The notes: generated by a model from the sequence alone, not told the origin. 64,000 nucleotides of DNA from a virus (IMGVR_UViG_3300042445_001485); one strand, 5' to 3'; counted from the stretch's first letter, positions 44,506 through 54,710 are shown. Made by a program: numbers and translations.

Positions 44506-47169
44506 TTACTCAAATGTAAATAGACTATCAAATGTTGATTTGGTGTCAGTGCTAGATAAAATATCCCAATCCAACACACCCAATAGGTTTTCTATCTTTT
44601 GATCTACAATACCTGTTTCCATCAAGTTCTGATCAAACGGCAAATCTTTAAACCATTGTGGTATGTGTGTTTCATCTGTGGGATAACCAACGCTGGTATA
44701 ACCTAATGGATTATCTTTTAGTTTACACACAACAGTTTTCATTCCATCGATGATTTGCAACGAATAGTTATCCCCGTGCATCCTTCTCAGGTTGTTCCAG
44801 TTCATTGCGGCTCTTACATGTCCCGGCATGTTGGCTCGACCTAATCTAGCTTCTTCTGCTGTATATTTGGTTAAATTGTTTACACGCTTGGGAGTACCCT
44901 TTTCCCAGGCTGGTCTTTCTTGGAACGCATACTTGAATTCTTTAATTTTTTCAATTACTTTTTCTCTGGCATCATCGCTGGTTAGCACATCCATGAGAAT
45001 TTCACTTAGGAACTCTTGTACAATTTTAGGAGTGTCACTGCGTTTCAAATCAAGTCCCATGGCTTTTACTTTGCCCGGTTTACCATTCACATCCAAGCGA
45101 TTGTTTTCCATATCGTAGATCAATACAGCATAACGCTTCTTCTTGATAAACAGGCCTTTGCGAGCCACAAGCTCGCGACCACCCATGATGATTGCACCCA
45201 TTTCTCGGGGGCAATGGCAGGCCCGTTCCATAAACCCCGGAAACGATTCGTTCACACCATCAGCGATGGTGTCGTACAGTTGTACAGCAATGTCTTTGTT
45301 CCATTCCATTGCACCTGCGGCTACTTCCGCTTGGACCGCTGGCCACGCTGTAAAGTATACCGAGTCTGTGTCGCCATAGATAATGCTCGAACCAACGTGG
45401 TCGTAGTTGCCTGTAATTGCTTGGTTAACTGTGGCGTCCATGTGCTTGGCAATGATCCTACCAGTAAGTGTCGTACTTTGGCCAATTCGTTGGTCAAAGA
45501 ACCTGCAATGTGGGTTGAGGATAGCCCCGTAGAGCGAATTAAGATTGATCTTTTTAACGAGTTGGCGTTTATCCCAGAATGCTTTGTCTTCAGTAGCTTC
45601 TGCGGTTTTCTTTTTTGCTTGCATTTCTTGTCTTTCTGCATACCACCTTTCTAGCAGTCCGGGAATAATACCCTTCATGTCATATCTAAATATAGTACCA
45701 TTGGCACTGAGTGTCCACGGCTGATTACCATTGAATATTAATCGCCAAACTTCAGCGGCACTATGAATTGTCTCTTCACCGCTTTCCCAATCTATGGTTA
45801 TTTCTGCGCCAAGTTCATTGGCCATCACGGATTGATATTCCAAGGTACCAAACATGTTTTCCCACGCATCAGCAAAAGATGAACCTGCTGCCATCTTTTC
45901 CTTGATGTAGTGGTCGGTCATTGTGGTCCGGAGTTGACCAACGATGGTTTCTGGGCCCATGTTAAGGGCTCTAATAGCCGAGGGGTAGAGACTGTTGATG
46001 TCGATTGCGCCAATGTATTCATGGACGCCTTTTTTGGGATAAGCAACATAGGCACCTGCGGCTTGCGTTTCTCTTGGATCATCTTTGCTCTTTCTATTAG
46101 GAACAATCATACCACGCTGGTGAGCTTCATTAATGATAGCCTGCTCTGTTACTGCAACCGCACCCATTGTGGTTGGTAACAACACCGTGTTGTCGTGAGC
46201 AAGTTCATTGGCCAAGTCCAGGAAGCGAAGCTTCTTGTCCAGTTTGGCCAATAGCATGGTATCTTGTCTGTTATAGTCAATGAACTTGGGAAAGTCCTTG
46301 TTGTACAATTGATCCAGGGTGCCTTCGTAAGCAACCTTACTACCACATTCTTCATACTCACCAATTGCGTCTAGACTATAACTGTGTCGTTCCTCGTAGG
46401 TGTACTTGCGGTACAGTTGCATATAATCCATATGCACCCGACCAGCCAAGTCAAAAGTCAAATTTTCAGCACCAAAGCGTTCAAAGGTTCTTTGCTTGGG
46501 TAATTGTCCCCATAGACAAAAGCGTCTTGTATCATCCTTGCTGAGCACACGAGTGATACGCATCACAGTATAGGGAATATCAAAACCTTCCGAGTTCCAT
46601 CCGCTAAGGATATCGGCATCTTCGATCAAGTCAAGGAATGTGTTTAACATATCCTCTTCTCTTTCAAACAAATAGCAATTGTCGTATCTGTTGCAAATCT
46701 CTTCGGCGGTTTCCCACGAATAGCTTTTTGGTGGAACTACAAGTGTTACTAACTTGTCCATCCAATCCAAGTATATAGATATTGCTGTCACAGGATTAAA
46801 TGGGTCTTCGGGCTTTGAAAAGCCACGCTGGGGATCAAAGTCTACCTCAATGTCAAAAAATGCAGTCTGTAACTTGGGACTGTTTACACCCGAGTAGTTT
46901 CCTTCAAGGCAACGAAATATGGGATTGATATCACTTTCCCACAGTCTCTTACCTGAATTAATTTTCAACTCTTTTTGGAATTCTTTGCTGTTACGACTAC
47001 TAAACCTGCTGACAGGGGTATCGTAAATTGTACGGAATTTGCCACGCGGATCATCATAGTAAAAAATATAATCAGCCGGGTACTCACGATATACTCGTTC
47101 TCCGTTGACTCGCTCAACTATGTGTATCCGATCTTTTGCTCTATCAAATAGAGCATCTACATAACTCAT
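44506..47169 (-). CDS. Family B DNA polymerase (gp43-like)
   Basis: Exo I FFDIEV, Exo II GWNSEGFDIPY, YNRQD, DINSLYPS, KINLNSLYG, YGDTDS and KKRY. Confidence 0.97.
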   Translation of the reverse strand: MSYVDALFDRAKDRIHIVERVNGERVYREYPADYIFYYDDPRGKFRTIYDTPVSRFSSRNSKEFQKELKINSGKRLWESDINPIFRCLEGNYSGVNSPKLQTAFFDIEVDFDPQRGFSKPEDPFNPVTAISIYLDWMDKLVTLVVPPKSYSWETAEEICNRYDNCYLFEREEDMLNTFLDLIEDADILSGWNSEGFDIPYTVMRITRVLSKDDTRRFCLWGQLPKQRTFERFGAENLTFDLAGRVHMDYMQLYRKYTYEERHSYSLDAIGEYEECGSKVAYEGTLDQLYNKDFPKFIDYNRQDTMLLAKLDKKLRFLDLANELAHDNTVLLPTTMGAVAVTEQAIINEAHQRGMIVPNRKSKDDPRETQAAGAYVAYPKKGVHEYIGAIDINSLYPSAIRALNMGPETIVGQLRTTMTDHYIKEKMAAGSSFADAWENMFGTLEYQSVMANELGAEITIDWESGEETIHSAAEVWRLIFNGNQPWTLSANGTIFRYDMKGIIPGLLERWYAERQEMQAKKKTAEATEDKAFWDKRQLVKKINLNSLYGAILNPHCRFFDQRIGQSTTLTGRIIAKHMDATVNQAITGNYDHVGSSIIYGDTDSVYFTAWPAVQAEVAAGAMEWNKDIAVQLYDTIADGVNESFPGFMERACHCPREMGAIIMGGRELVARKGLFIKKKRYAVLIYDMENNRLDVNGKPGKVKAMGLDLKRSDTPKIVQEFLSEILMDVLTSDDAREKVIEKIKEFKYAFQERPAWEKGTPKRVNNLTKYTAEEARLGRANMPGHVRAAMNWNNLRRMHGDNYSLQIIDGMKTVVCKLKDNPLGYTSVGYPTDETHIPQWFKDLPFDQNLMETGIVDQKIENLLGVLDWDILSSTDTKSTFDSLFTFE

Positions 47170-47252
47170 TCATCTGTCCTTTGTGTAACTTTGAGCTTAC
47201 ACAACTCTGCATGCCGTTTCAAGTCCGGCGAGACTAGTAACAATATTTATCT

Positions 47253-47543
47253 TCATTGAGTGAGCATACGCACAAGTCCAACGGTGTCGATAGTGACTAG
47301 CAGGATATAATTAGCCAGCATACCAAAGGAACGACGACTATAAGCGCACCAAGCATATATAGCACAACCTGTAATCCAAATTGGGTACATGGTGAGAAGG
47401 GGAGGATTAGGCACGGTGAGTGCCATGGTGATACTACACCCAATAGATATAGCCCAAGCTAAAACCTCAAAACAAAAACGAAGTCTATCGCTTTTATAAT
47501 CTTCTCGGATCCAGTTAGCGGTTCCACTAAGGATGGCATTCAT
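47253..47543 (-). CDS. Small membrane protein
   Basis: Three hydrophobic segments; TAATG coupling. Confidence 0.7.
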   Translation of the reverse strand: MNAILSGTANWIREDYKSDRLRFCFEVLAWAISIGCSITMALTVPNPPLLTMYPIWITGCAIYAWCAYSRRSFGMLANYILLVTIDTVGLVRMLTQ

Positions 47544-47809
47544 TACAGCCTTTTGCCAGCAACTTCAAGAATAGTGTTTAGTTCATCGTGATCACGATTT
47601 GTTTCGCCGAGCTTGGCCTTATGTGCAATACGGATTGCCTTCTTTAGTGTGGCCGGTTTGATTTCTAATTCTTCACCAATGGCCTTGATAGTTTCACTAA
47701 GACCAGTGTTGAGATCTTCAACTTCTTGCATGACCTGCATGCCTTCATTGATCAATTGTGTGAGTTTGATTTTGGCCTCGCCGTTGAAGCTACGATTATA
47801 GTCTGACAT
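47543..47809 (-). CDS. DsbA/GapR-like dsDNA-binding protein
   Basis: IKAIGEELEIKPATLKKAIRIAHK pattern; AGGAG SD. Confidence 0.55.
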   Translation of the reverse strand: MSDYNRSFNGEAKIKLTQLINEGMQVMQEVEDLNTGLSETIKAIGEELEIKPATLKKAIRIAHKAKLGETNRDHDELNTILEVAGKRL

Positions 47810-47865
47810 GTTTTCTCCTGATTAAAAAGTTATTATACACTAATTGCTAACAAATGCAACAAGTG

Positions 47866-49047
47866 TTATCCCCTAAATTTTTCTAATTGTAAAATACAAG
47901 ACTCGGTTAGATCTGGATATTCGCTATGATATCCAATCCAATCTTTATCCCACAACAACGGTCTTTTAGTCGAAACATATGCGTTATCATCGTACACTGG
48001 TACACTTTCAATTTTAGTTTTATGAGTTCGGTATGTATCGTTACCATCTAGGTCGTAGATGTAATCTTTGGCCTGTTTTTTATGATTCTTCCTATCATTT
48101 CCGACATGATATGGTAAGTTACTGTAGCTCCATTGCTGAAATCGAGCTGTGTTAAAGAATGAATTTTCACAATAACTTTGTATATTTTCTCTAGTGGTTG
48201 CTGCCAATTCAGATCCATTGGTCTTTCTTCTAAAAAACGGACGCATAAGACTATATTGCCATTTAAAGTTTATGTAATGCCACCACCACCAATCGGCCAC
48301 ATTCTTAATACCGTCGGGGGCTACTTCTTCTAGATTAGCAGTAATTCTTTCCGAATACCATTTACCTATTCCGGGAACATTAAATTGAAGAACTGCTTCC
48401 TTGTTTCTTTCTTCGATTGTTTTTGCAATATAATCTAAATGATTTTTATATGATTCAAGGTGCTTACGATCATGCATTAATGATTCGTACATAGATATGC
48501 TAGGACCGAATAAACAATCTCCAGGATCTCCGTGTAGTATAATATTTTTTTCGAAAAACTCATTTGTAAAATTAACTGTTAACCAAGACACACAATTTAT
48601 TTTTTTAGAAATTTGAGTTTGGAAAAAATTATAATTTTCCATAATGCTGTTTAATGTAAGAACCACTGTGACATTTTGTAAATCAGCGGCACTAAGATTT
48701 TTAATAAACGAAGACACAACTAAGGTACTATCAATACCACCCGACCACATGATCAGTATGCGTTTGTTTTGATCTTTGGCAATTTGATTTAATTCTATTG
48801 CTCTATGATCTACAATATCACTTAGACTATCTGTGATATGAATCAATGGTGGTAATTTAAATAATGGATCAGTTGGTGTATGCCATGGTGTTTCGAATGT
48901 GCCGGACCTGGCTCGTAAATCTGACACGGCCATTACAATATATCGTTGTGCCACCCAAAATCTACCCTTTGGGTTTCTAATTTTGGTATTGGGTTTTATC
49001 ATGATACAGGAGTTATTCTTTATTAATTCAGTAACATCTACGGTCAT
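47866..49047 (-). CDS. Adenine nucleotide alpha-hydrolase / asparagine synthetase-like protein
   Basis: PP-loop WSGGIDST, HGDPGDCLFG, SFFNTARFQQW and KKQAKDYI; AT-rich. Confidence 0.65.
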   Translation of the reverse strand: MTVDVTELIKNNSCIMIKPNTKIRNPKGRFWVAQRYIVMAVSDLRARSGTFETPWHTPTDPLFKLPPLIHITDSLSDIVDHRAIELNQIAKDQNKRILIMWSGGIDSTLVVSSFIKNLSAADLQNVTVVLTLNSIMENYNFFQTQISKKINCVSWLTVNFTNEFFEKNIILHGDPGDCLFGPSISMYESLMHDRKHLESYKNHLDYIAKTIEERNKEAVLQFNVPGIGKWYSERITANLEEVAPDGIKNVADWWWWHYINFKWQYSLMRPFFRRKTNGSELAATTRENIQSYCENSFFNTARFQQWSYSNLPYHVGNDRKNHKKQAKDYIYDLDGNDTYRTHKTKIESVPVYDDNAYVSTKRPLLWDKDWIGYHSEYPDLTESCILQLEKFRG

Positions 49048-49586
49048 AATTTTTCCTTTACCAACTCAGCGGTTAGATGATATGCTGTGGTAGAATAATC
49101 AATGGGATATTGATCTAACTCGTTAAAAAACCAATCGCTTATCTCTTCTACAGATTTGGTGTAGTTTGCGCTTAGTAATTTATTGAAAACAAATGATTTG
49201 TGTGCCTGACAACTGGGTATATGGTTAGTTAAACTATCAAACTCGAGTTTATACAATTCTTCAACAATCAAATTGTTACAACCAACTGTGTCTAAGAAAT
49301 CTTTAGTGATTGTTAATAAGTCCAATTGGAAGTTTGTTAATTCTTTTTTCTCCATTAGAATTTTGATACTAAGCAATTCAGCTTCTACTATATTAAGAAT
49401 CCATTGTAGTTTTCTTTCTATATCTGTGCCCATAGGCCTATGAGTTCTATCAAGCGGACGAACTTCAAACAAAAAATACCGACTTATCAATAGTTGTGTA
49501 AACTTTAATGCTTCTAAATTGGGTGAAGCCAATAGAATTTTGTTAGAAGCCTGGGCCGATAGCCCCCATTTTCGATTATCATTCAT
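49044..49586 (-). CDS. Hypothetical protein (AT-rich), coupled to the PP-loop gene
   Basis: Start MNDNRK after the promoter at 49593-49621 (TTGCTT-N17-TATAAT); ATGA overlap. Confidence 0.65.
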   Translation of the reverse strand: MNDNRKWGLSAQASNKILLASPNLEALKFTQLLISRYFLFEVRPLDRTHRPMGTDIERKLQWILNIVEAELLSIKILMEKKELTNFQLDLLTITKDFLDTVGCNNLIVEELYKLEFDSLTNHIPSCQAHKSFVFNKLLSANYTKSVEEISDWFFNELDQYPIDYSTTAYHLTAELVKEKL

Positions 49587-49644
49587 AGATGTATTATAAC
49601 ATAGTTTAAGTTGAAAAGCAAGATTAAAAATGCTCACTTCACCA

Positions 49645-49728
49645 AATGCTTGATGGGGCACGACTCCCACATTTGGAACCCAGCAGCCGGGTCACCCACG
49701 CAACCTAAGTCGCGGTCCTAAGGGTGTT
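49645..49728 (-). ncRNA. Candidate structured RNA element
   Basis: Hairpin CGCGAC/GUUGCG, then stem GGGU-GAC/GUC-GU-GCCC enclosing CCCGG/CUGGG and UUCC/GGGA hairpins; GC-rich in an AT-rich context. Confidence 0.4.
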
Positions 49729-50428
49729 CTTTTAACTTGACTAGGCCAAGCGATTTAAAAATATTTATATACATCCAGCCTATATCAAATTCATACCAGT
49801 TCTTAGAGAGGCGGGCACTCGCTGGGTCCAGGTGGTGGTTGTTGTGCAACTCTTCACCGCCAATAACAATACCCCAAGGCACAATATTACGACTATGATC
49901 TTTAGTTTCGCCATTTCTATATCCTATCCAATGACCCACACCGTTTATGACTCCTGCCGCCCAGAACGGAATCCATATCATTTGGATGCCCCACATCACG
50001 ATGCCCCACCCGCCAAATATCAAGGTGTTTAACACAAGGAGAGTGCCAATGCCAAGTCTAGAGTGACGAGTGTATATGTTGTGCTCCATCCAATCAGCAG
50101 GAGTACCAGCACCGTATGTATTAACCATGTCCTTATCTTTGCTTGCTTCATGATATAATACTGCTCCTTTGAAGAATACTTGTCCAATTCCGTAAACATG
50201 GGGACTATGTGGGTCACCCTCTTGCTCAGTGAATCTATGATGCTTGCGGTGTACTGCCACCCATTGTTTTGTGACCATTCCGGTTGTTAGCCAAAGCCAG
50301 GCTCGCATAAAGTGACTGAGTATGGGATGAAATATCAATCCTCGATGTGCTTGTCCACGATGTAGGAAAACTGTGACACATATGATAGTGATATGTGTCA
50401 TCACTAGAACATATATTGTTTCAATCAT
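49718..50428 (-). CDS. Membrane fatty acid desaturase (second copy)
   Basis: HRGQAH, HRKHH, GEELHNNHH and FDIGW. Confidence 0.9.
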   Translation of the reverse strand: MIETIYVLVMTHITIICVTVFLHRGQAHRGLIFHPILSHFMRAWLWLTTGMVTKQWVAVHRKHHRFTEQEGDPHSPHVYGIGQVFFKGAVLYHEASKDKDMVNTYGAGTPADWMEHNIYTRHSRLGIGTLLVLNTLIFGGWGIVMWGIQMIWIPFWAAGVINGVGHWIGYRNGETKDHSRNIVPWGIVIGGEELHNNHHLDPASARLSKNWYEFDIGWMYINIFKSLGLVKLKEHP

Positions 50429-50544
50429 ACCGGACTGTATGGATTACGAAATCTATCATATCCATTGTCTTCCGGATATACTGGGTACTCGTTATTTCTT
50501 TCACTCATAATATGCCATGACCTATGTTGTTATGATGGATACCA

Positions 50545-50976
50545 TTATTTTAGACTTGCTCTCAACATCCAACCGTGCTTGCGGTGTGCATCCAGGCGCT
50601 CGGCCAAGAAGTTTGAAAATCCATGCTCACCGGCTTGTTCGGCTGCATCATATGCCATCTTTAGTACCAACAGCATTTTTTCATTGTCTTGCGACAATTC
50701 ATGCAACATGGCACCGGGACTGAGTATGTCGGTCTCGTCGCCGATTTGACTCAGTTGACTGAATCTGGTGTAGCTGGCTGGCACATAACTGCCAATGCCG
50801 CGAATCTTTTCCGCAAAGTCATCAATGGCACCGTATACTTCTTCGTAGATCATGCCAAACAATTGATGATGCTCTAGGAAGTCAGCACCTTCCACATTCC
50901 AGTGAAAGTTGTGCGCTTTCAAGTAGAAGGTGTATTCGCTGGCAAATGCTATTTTTGTAGTTTCTGATAGTGTCAT
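50545..50976 (-). CDS. dps: Dps family ferritin-like protein
   Basis: KAHNFHWNVEG, HHQLF, DDFAEKIR and HRKHGWML. Confidence 0.9.
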   Translation of the reverse strand: MTLSETTKIAFASEYTFYLKAHNFHWNVEGADFLEHHQLFGMIYEEVYGAIDDFAEKIRGIGSYVPASYTRFSQLSQIGDETDILSPGAMLHELSQDNEKMLLVLKMAYDAAEQAGEHGFSNFLAERLDAHRKHGWMLRASLK

Positions 50977-53900
50977 AGATCGTATCCTGCCTTACGCATC
51001 ATATTTAAACGAGTTTCCATCACATCGTTTTCTTTTTCTGCGTGTCTGCGAGCATCATTATCACCTTGGCGAACAGTTGCTCGGTTGATTTTTTTAAAGT
51101 ATTCGTGACCTTTATCAAAGTTGCCTGCTCGATCTGCGGCACTAGCACGGATACCTAGTTCTTTTTTGTAACGACCCAACAACTCATTGCTGAGTTCGCT
51201 GAGTTCAACATCATCATGCACCACACGCATGTGATTGGGATTCTTTGGAAGATCGTTAGTTCTTACATATTTTGCAACTTTTTCATCTTCTTGTTTGCTC
51301 ATGTCTCGTATCTGACTCAATGTAAACTTGGGCTTTTTAACCGCAGGCTTGTCTGGTTCGTTTGACATAAAACCAAATACACCGGCTTCCTCTACTGATT
51401 CAGGATACCAAATGCGTCCCAGGCCAAATGCACGGTCAGCAGTCTGCTGTGCATGTCTGTTGCCTGTACGCAAATACCACTTGCCTGCACGAGTTTGTTT
51501 GAGTCCTAGTTGTTGTGCTAGTTCGGCGTCGTCAACCTTGTAGAAGATCATGCCAGTTTGTCTACGCTGGCGATCATCAAATTCAGGATTGCCTTCGTCA
51601 TCTTTTCTACGACTGCCACCTAGACTGGGTGCTGTAGGATCTGCGAAACCATGTTGGTAGCCACCCTCCGTCATGCCTTTTTTGTCTTTTTGTGCTTTTC
51701 TTTCAGCGGCTCTGCGGGCAGTTTCTTGCGGCGTCACTTTTGAACCGTCGGCGTAATACTTGGCACCGGCACCGTCTTTGGCTTTGTTGATAGCACTTTG
51801 TGCTTTTAAGCCTGCTATGGCGTTTTTGAACTGTCTGGTTGTTTCTATATCATCAGTATAGCCCTCCGCCACACCTTGCTCTTGCCAAGTGTTATTTTTG
51901 ATTCGTTGATTTTTGATTCTTTCGTAATTCATTAAAGAACCACGAATACGATGCTGGTCACCGGTATTTCCTGATAAGAGATGTTTCTTATAATAGTCAA
52001 TCTGACTTTGAACAAACTTGTTTGAGTAACTATCTTCTTCGGAGCCTTCCGCCATGCCTTGTTGCTTTTGCTGATACGCAAGTTCAGTATTGTTGGCCAT
52101 CTGTTGTTTAAAGTTGTCTACTGCACCGCCATCGCCAGAAATTGGGGCGCCTTCCGCCACACCTTGTTCTTTGGTTAAACGATTAACTGCTTTTTCAACA
52201 CCTTTGATGCGATTTTTAAATTCATGTTTCACGGATTTAACAATAGCTGGCGAATCTTTATATTTGCCCGGTCTTGCTTTTATGTCACCTAGCCCATATC
52301 CCAACGTACCAACATCTTTATTTGCTTTATTGATATATGATCCAAGAGTTTTTGGACTTAGTTCATTCAATGATCCTGGATCAAACCACTGGTGCTCACC
52401 AATGTTTACACCTTGTGAAGGATGGAACGGATCGGTGATCTGTCTTTCATCATCCTGTTTAGATTTGCTTTTTGATTTTTCTGTGTAATCGTAATCGCTT
52501 TTCATCTTATTAACCATGGCTCTCATTGGATCAGTTTTTTCCAACTCTTTCTGAGCCCGTAGTTTGTCCATATGGCGATCAAATGCTGCGGAATCAAAGT
52601 CGGAGCCTTCCTCCACACCTTGCTCTTTCTTTGCTTTTTCTATAGCGTCCCACTCGGCACCGGTCTTTTCGCCACGCTTTTTCTTTGCTGGTGGCTTTGA
52701 TGTGCGAACACCAGTGTGACTGTTTTGGTAATCACCGCTTGGTAGTTTAGTCCAGCCTTCCGCCATGCCTTGCTTATTTTCTGATGTGCTTTTAGTTTTT
52801 AACTCTTTTGTATCATGCGTTTTGGGATGATATATTTCTACTCCGATATTACCATCATGATCCTGTTTAAGACCAGCAAGTTCATATCCTGGATATTTTT
52901 TATCAACTATACCTTTAATTCTCATGTAATCACTGTCAGAAATGTCAGCAACATCGGAGTTATCGTCCTCCGCCACACCTTGTTCTTTACTATTGTCTTT
53001 GATAGTGCCACCAAATTTAGCAGCATAGTCTTTGGCCTTTGCCACTGAATCAAAACTCTTTGTCACTTTGCCGTTCTTAACAACAGAATATCTTTGACCT
53101 TCTGAGCCTTCCGCCACACCTTGCTCTTTAACTGGCTCTGCTGGCGAAGCCAGCGTCATCTTGTTCATGCCTATTCCAGACTGTCGCCATACCTTGTACA
53201 TCTTACCATCAGCACCCTTTAGCACCATAGCATTGCCGGGAATACGACTGGAATCATATTGCACAATCATAGCATTTTGTCCACCAACTTGCACATGAGG
53301 TTTTTGGCGATCATAGTGTTGAGCACCGACTGCCATAGCACCTGCTATTACCGGAACGCCAAGCAAGGTTGCAGTATCTTTCCAGCCTTCCTCCACACCT
53401 TGCTTGTTAATCAAATCAATATTACCAAACTGTCGAAGATGTTTTATCGTGTTACCGAGATGATGGTGATAATCTGGATCGTCTTTATTGACACCATTTT
53501 GTGCTAATAATTTTTCAGCATGACGATGTAGTGGCATTTCTTTCTTCAATAGTTCCGGTGCGCCTTCCGCCACACCTTGCTCGCCATGTCTAATGCTGCC
53601 ATCCTTCATCAACTTCAAGTTGAGATTGTATTGTTTATTGTCGTGATTGACTTTATTCATACGACCTTCTTTGAAGCCTTTAGCAAAGTATTGTTTATAC
53701 ATGCCACCATGCTGACTATGCCAGTGGTTAATGGTCATTGCTCGTTCTAGTGTTGCGCCATCAGCGAGGCTTACACCTTTAGTGAAACCATCTTCTTGTG
53801 CCATCTTGGCAATTTCTGGACTGAATCCTTCATCGTCATCACCACCGTTAAATCCGTCTGGTGCAAATTCGTTCAAGCCTTCCGCCACACCTTCATCTGT

Positions 53901-54710
53901 TCCTTTTCTTGAGTCTGGCATATTCATTTGACGATATTCATCAGGCCAATCAAATACAATTTCTTCGTAGCATCTAAAAACCTTCATTAGTTCTGCTGCC
54001 TTGGGATCGTGCTTGGCTGCATCTTCTAGTTCTTCTGCCGCTGGTCTTCCAAAAGGATCTACAAAGTCTTTTGGTCCCCATGGATTGGAGGGATCGACAT
54101 TGTCGCCAAACCATACCAAGGCATCATTTACATTTGTAAATTTATTTCTTCTAGCCCATTGAGCAAAATACTCATGGTAGGGTTTGTTGTTTCTACCTGC
54201 CCACTGTATCAATTCAGAGACGCTTGTGGGCGGCATATCCTGATCAGGATACTTTGGTTCAGCAGTCATTTGGCTCATCATTGAGTCAAACTTTTGATCG
54301 CCTGTGGCTTCATCCAGTTGATCATCTGAGAACTCCATATGGTCATATGGCCCCCATTTTTGTCCTGTGCGACTGTCTATGGTGTCATCGTGATCACCAT
54401 GTTCATAGTAGTCATCACTAAAGATTTCCACACCGTTAAAGTCACTATTGTAATCAATATGCAGTTTACGGGTAACACCATCAGGACAAACAATACCACG
54501 ATTCAACAAGCGTTCTACATCTTGTTGGCTTTTAATGCCTTTTTCGAGACTGCCAGTGTCAAAGGTGCCATTGTACCAGGCACTGGCCAAGGCTTGGAAA
54601 TAATTACCTGAGTCACCACCGCCGTCAGCGGCAAATTCAGCCAGGCGGCTTTCCATGGCTAGTTGTTGTTTTTTCTTTTTGCTAGGTTGAGATAGGTCGT
54701 ATAAGTTCAT
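50973..54710 (-). CDS. Large modular protein with repeated QGVAEG linkers (putative head-internal polyprotein)
   Basis: About 1245 aa from MNLYDL, with 11 G(V/M)(A/E/T)E(G/D) linkers separating unrelated segments. Confidence 0.75.
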   Translation of the reverse strand: MNLYDLSQPSKKKKQQLAMESRLAEFAADGGGDSGNYFQALASAWYNGTFDTGSLEKGIKSQQDVERLLNRGIVCPDGVTRKLHIDYNSDFNGVEIFSDDYYEHGDHDDTIDSRTGQKWGPYDHMEFSDDQLDEATGDQKFDSMMSQMTAEPKYPDQDMPPTSVSELIQWAGRNNKPYHEYFAQWARRNKFTNVNDALVWFGDNVDPSNPWGPKDFVDPFGRPAAEELEDAAKHDPKAAELMKVFRCYEEIVFDWPDEYRQMNMPDSRKGTDEGVAEGLNEFAPDGFNGGDDDEGFSPEIAKMAQEDGFTKGVSLADGATLERAMTINHWHSQHGGMYKQYFAKGFKEGRMNKVNHDNKQYNLNLKLMKDGSIRHGEQGVAEGAPELLKKEMPLHRHAEKLLAQNGVNKDDPDYHHHLGNTIKHLRQFGNIDLINKQGVEEGWKDTATLLGVPVIAGAMAVGAQHYDRQKPHVQVGGQNAMIVQYDSSRIPGNAMVLKGADGKMYKVWRQSGIGMNKMTLASPAEPVKEQGVAEGSEGQRYSVVKNGKVTKSFDSVAKAKDYAAKFGGTIKDNSKEQGVAEDDNSDVADISDSDYMRIKGIVDKKYPGYELAGLKQDHDGNIGVEIYHPKTHDTKELKTKSTSENKQGMAEGWTKLPSGDYQNSHTGVRTSKPPAKKKRGEKTGAEWDAIEKAKKEQGVEEGSDFDSAAFDRHMDKLRAQKELEKTDPMRAMVNKMKSDYDYTEKSKSKSKQDDERQITDPFHPSQGVNIGEHQWFDPGSLNELSPKTLGSYINKANKDVGTLGYGLGDIKARPGKYKDSPAIVKSVKHEFKNRIKGVEKAVNRLTKEQGVAEGAPISGDGGAVDNFKQQMANNTELAYQQKQQGMAEGSEEDSYSNKFVQSQIDYYKKHLLSGNTGDQHRIRGSLMNYERIKNQRIKNNTWQEQGVAEGYTDDIETTRQFKNAIAGLKAQSAINKAKDGAGAKYYADGSKVTPQETARRAAERKAQKDKKGMTEGGYQHGFADPTAPSLGGSRRKDDEGNPEFDDRQRRQTGMIFYKVDDAELAQQLGLKQTRAGKWYLRTGNRHAQQTADRAFGLGRIWYPESVEEAGVFGFMSNEPDKPAVKKPKFTLSQIRDMSKQEDEKVAKYVRTNDLPKNPNHMRVVHDDVELSELSNELLGRYKKELGIRASAADRAGNFDKGHEYFKKINRATVRQGDNDARRHAEKENDVMETRLNMMRKAGYDL
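51660..53895 (-). repeat. Dispersed in-frame repeat encoding (E/K)QGVAEG
   Basis: + strand ccttccgccacaccttg and variants near 51865, 52045, 52150, 52605, 52755, 52968, 53106, 53385, 53562 and 53878. Confidence 0.85.

Noticed and set aside
47866-49047. Calling the PP-loop protein QueC
   Set aside because: It has SGGIDS but lacks the QueC zinc motif (CxxCxxC region), is too long, and has the Asn-synthetase-like GDxGD.
50973-54710. Common origin of the polyprotein QGVEEG linker and the array FGVEE tail
   Set aside because: The DNA differs (CAAGGTGTGGCGGAAGG vs TTCGGAGTTGAAGAATGA), and the array tail is explained by SD/stop overlap.
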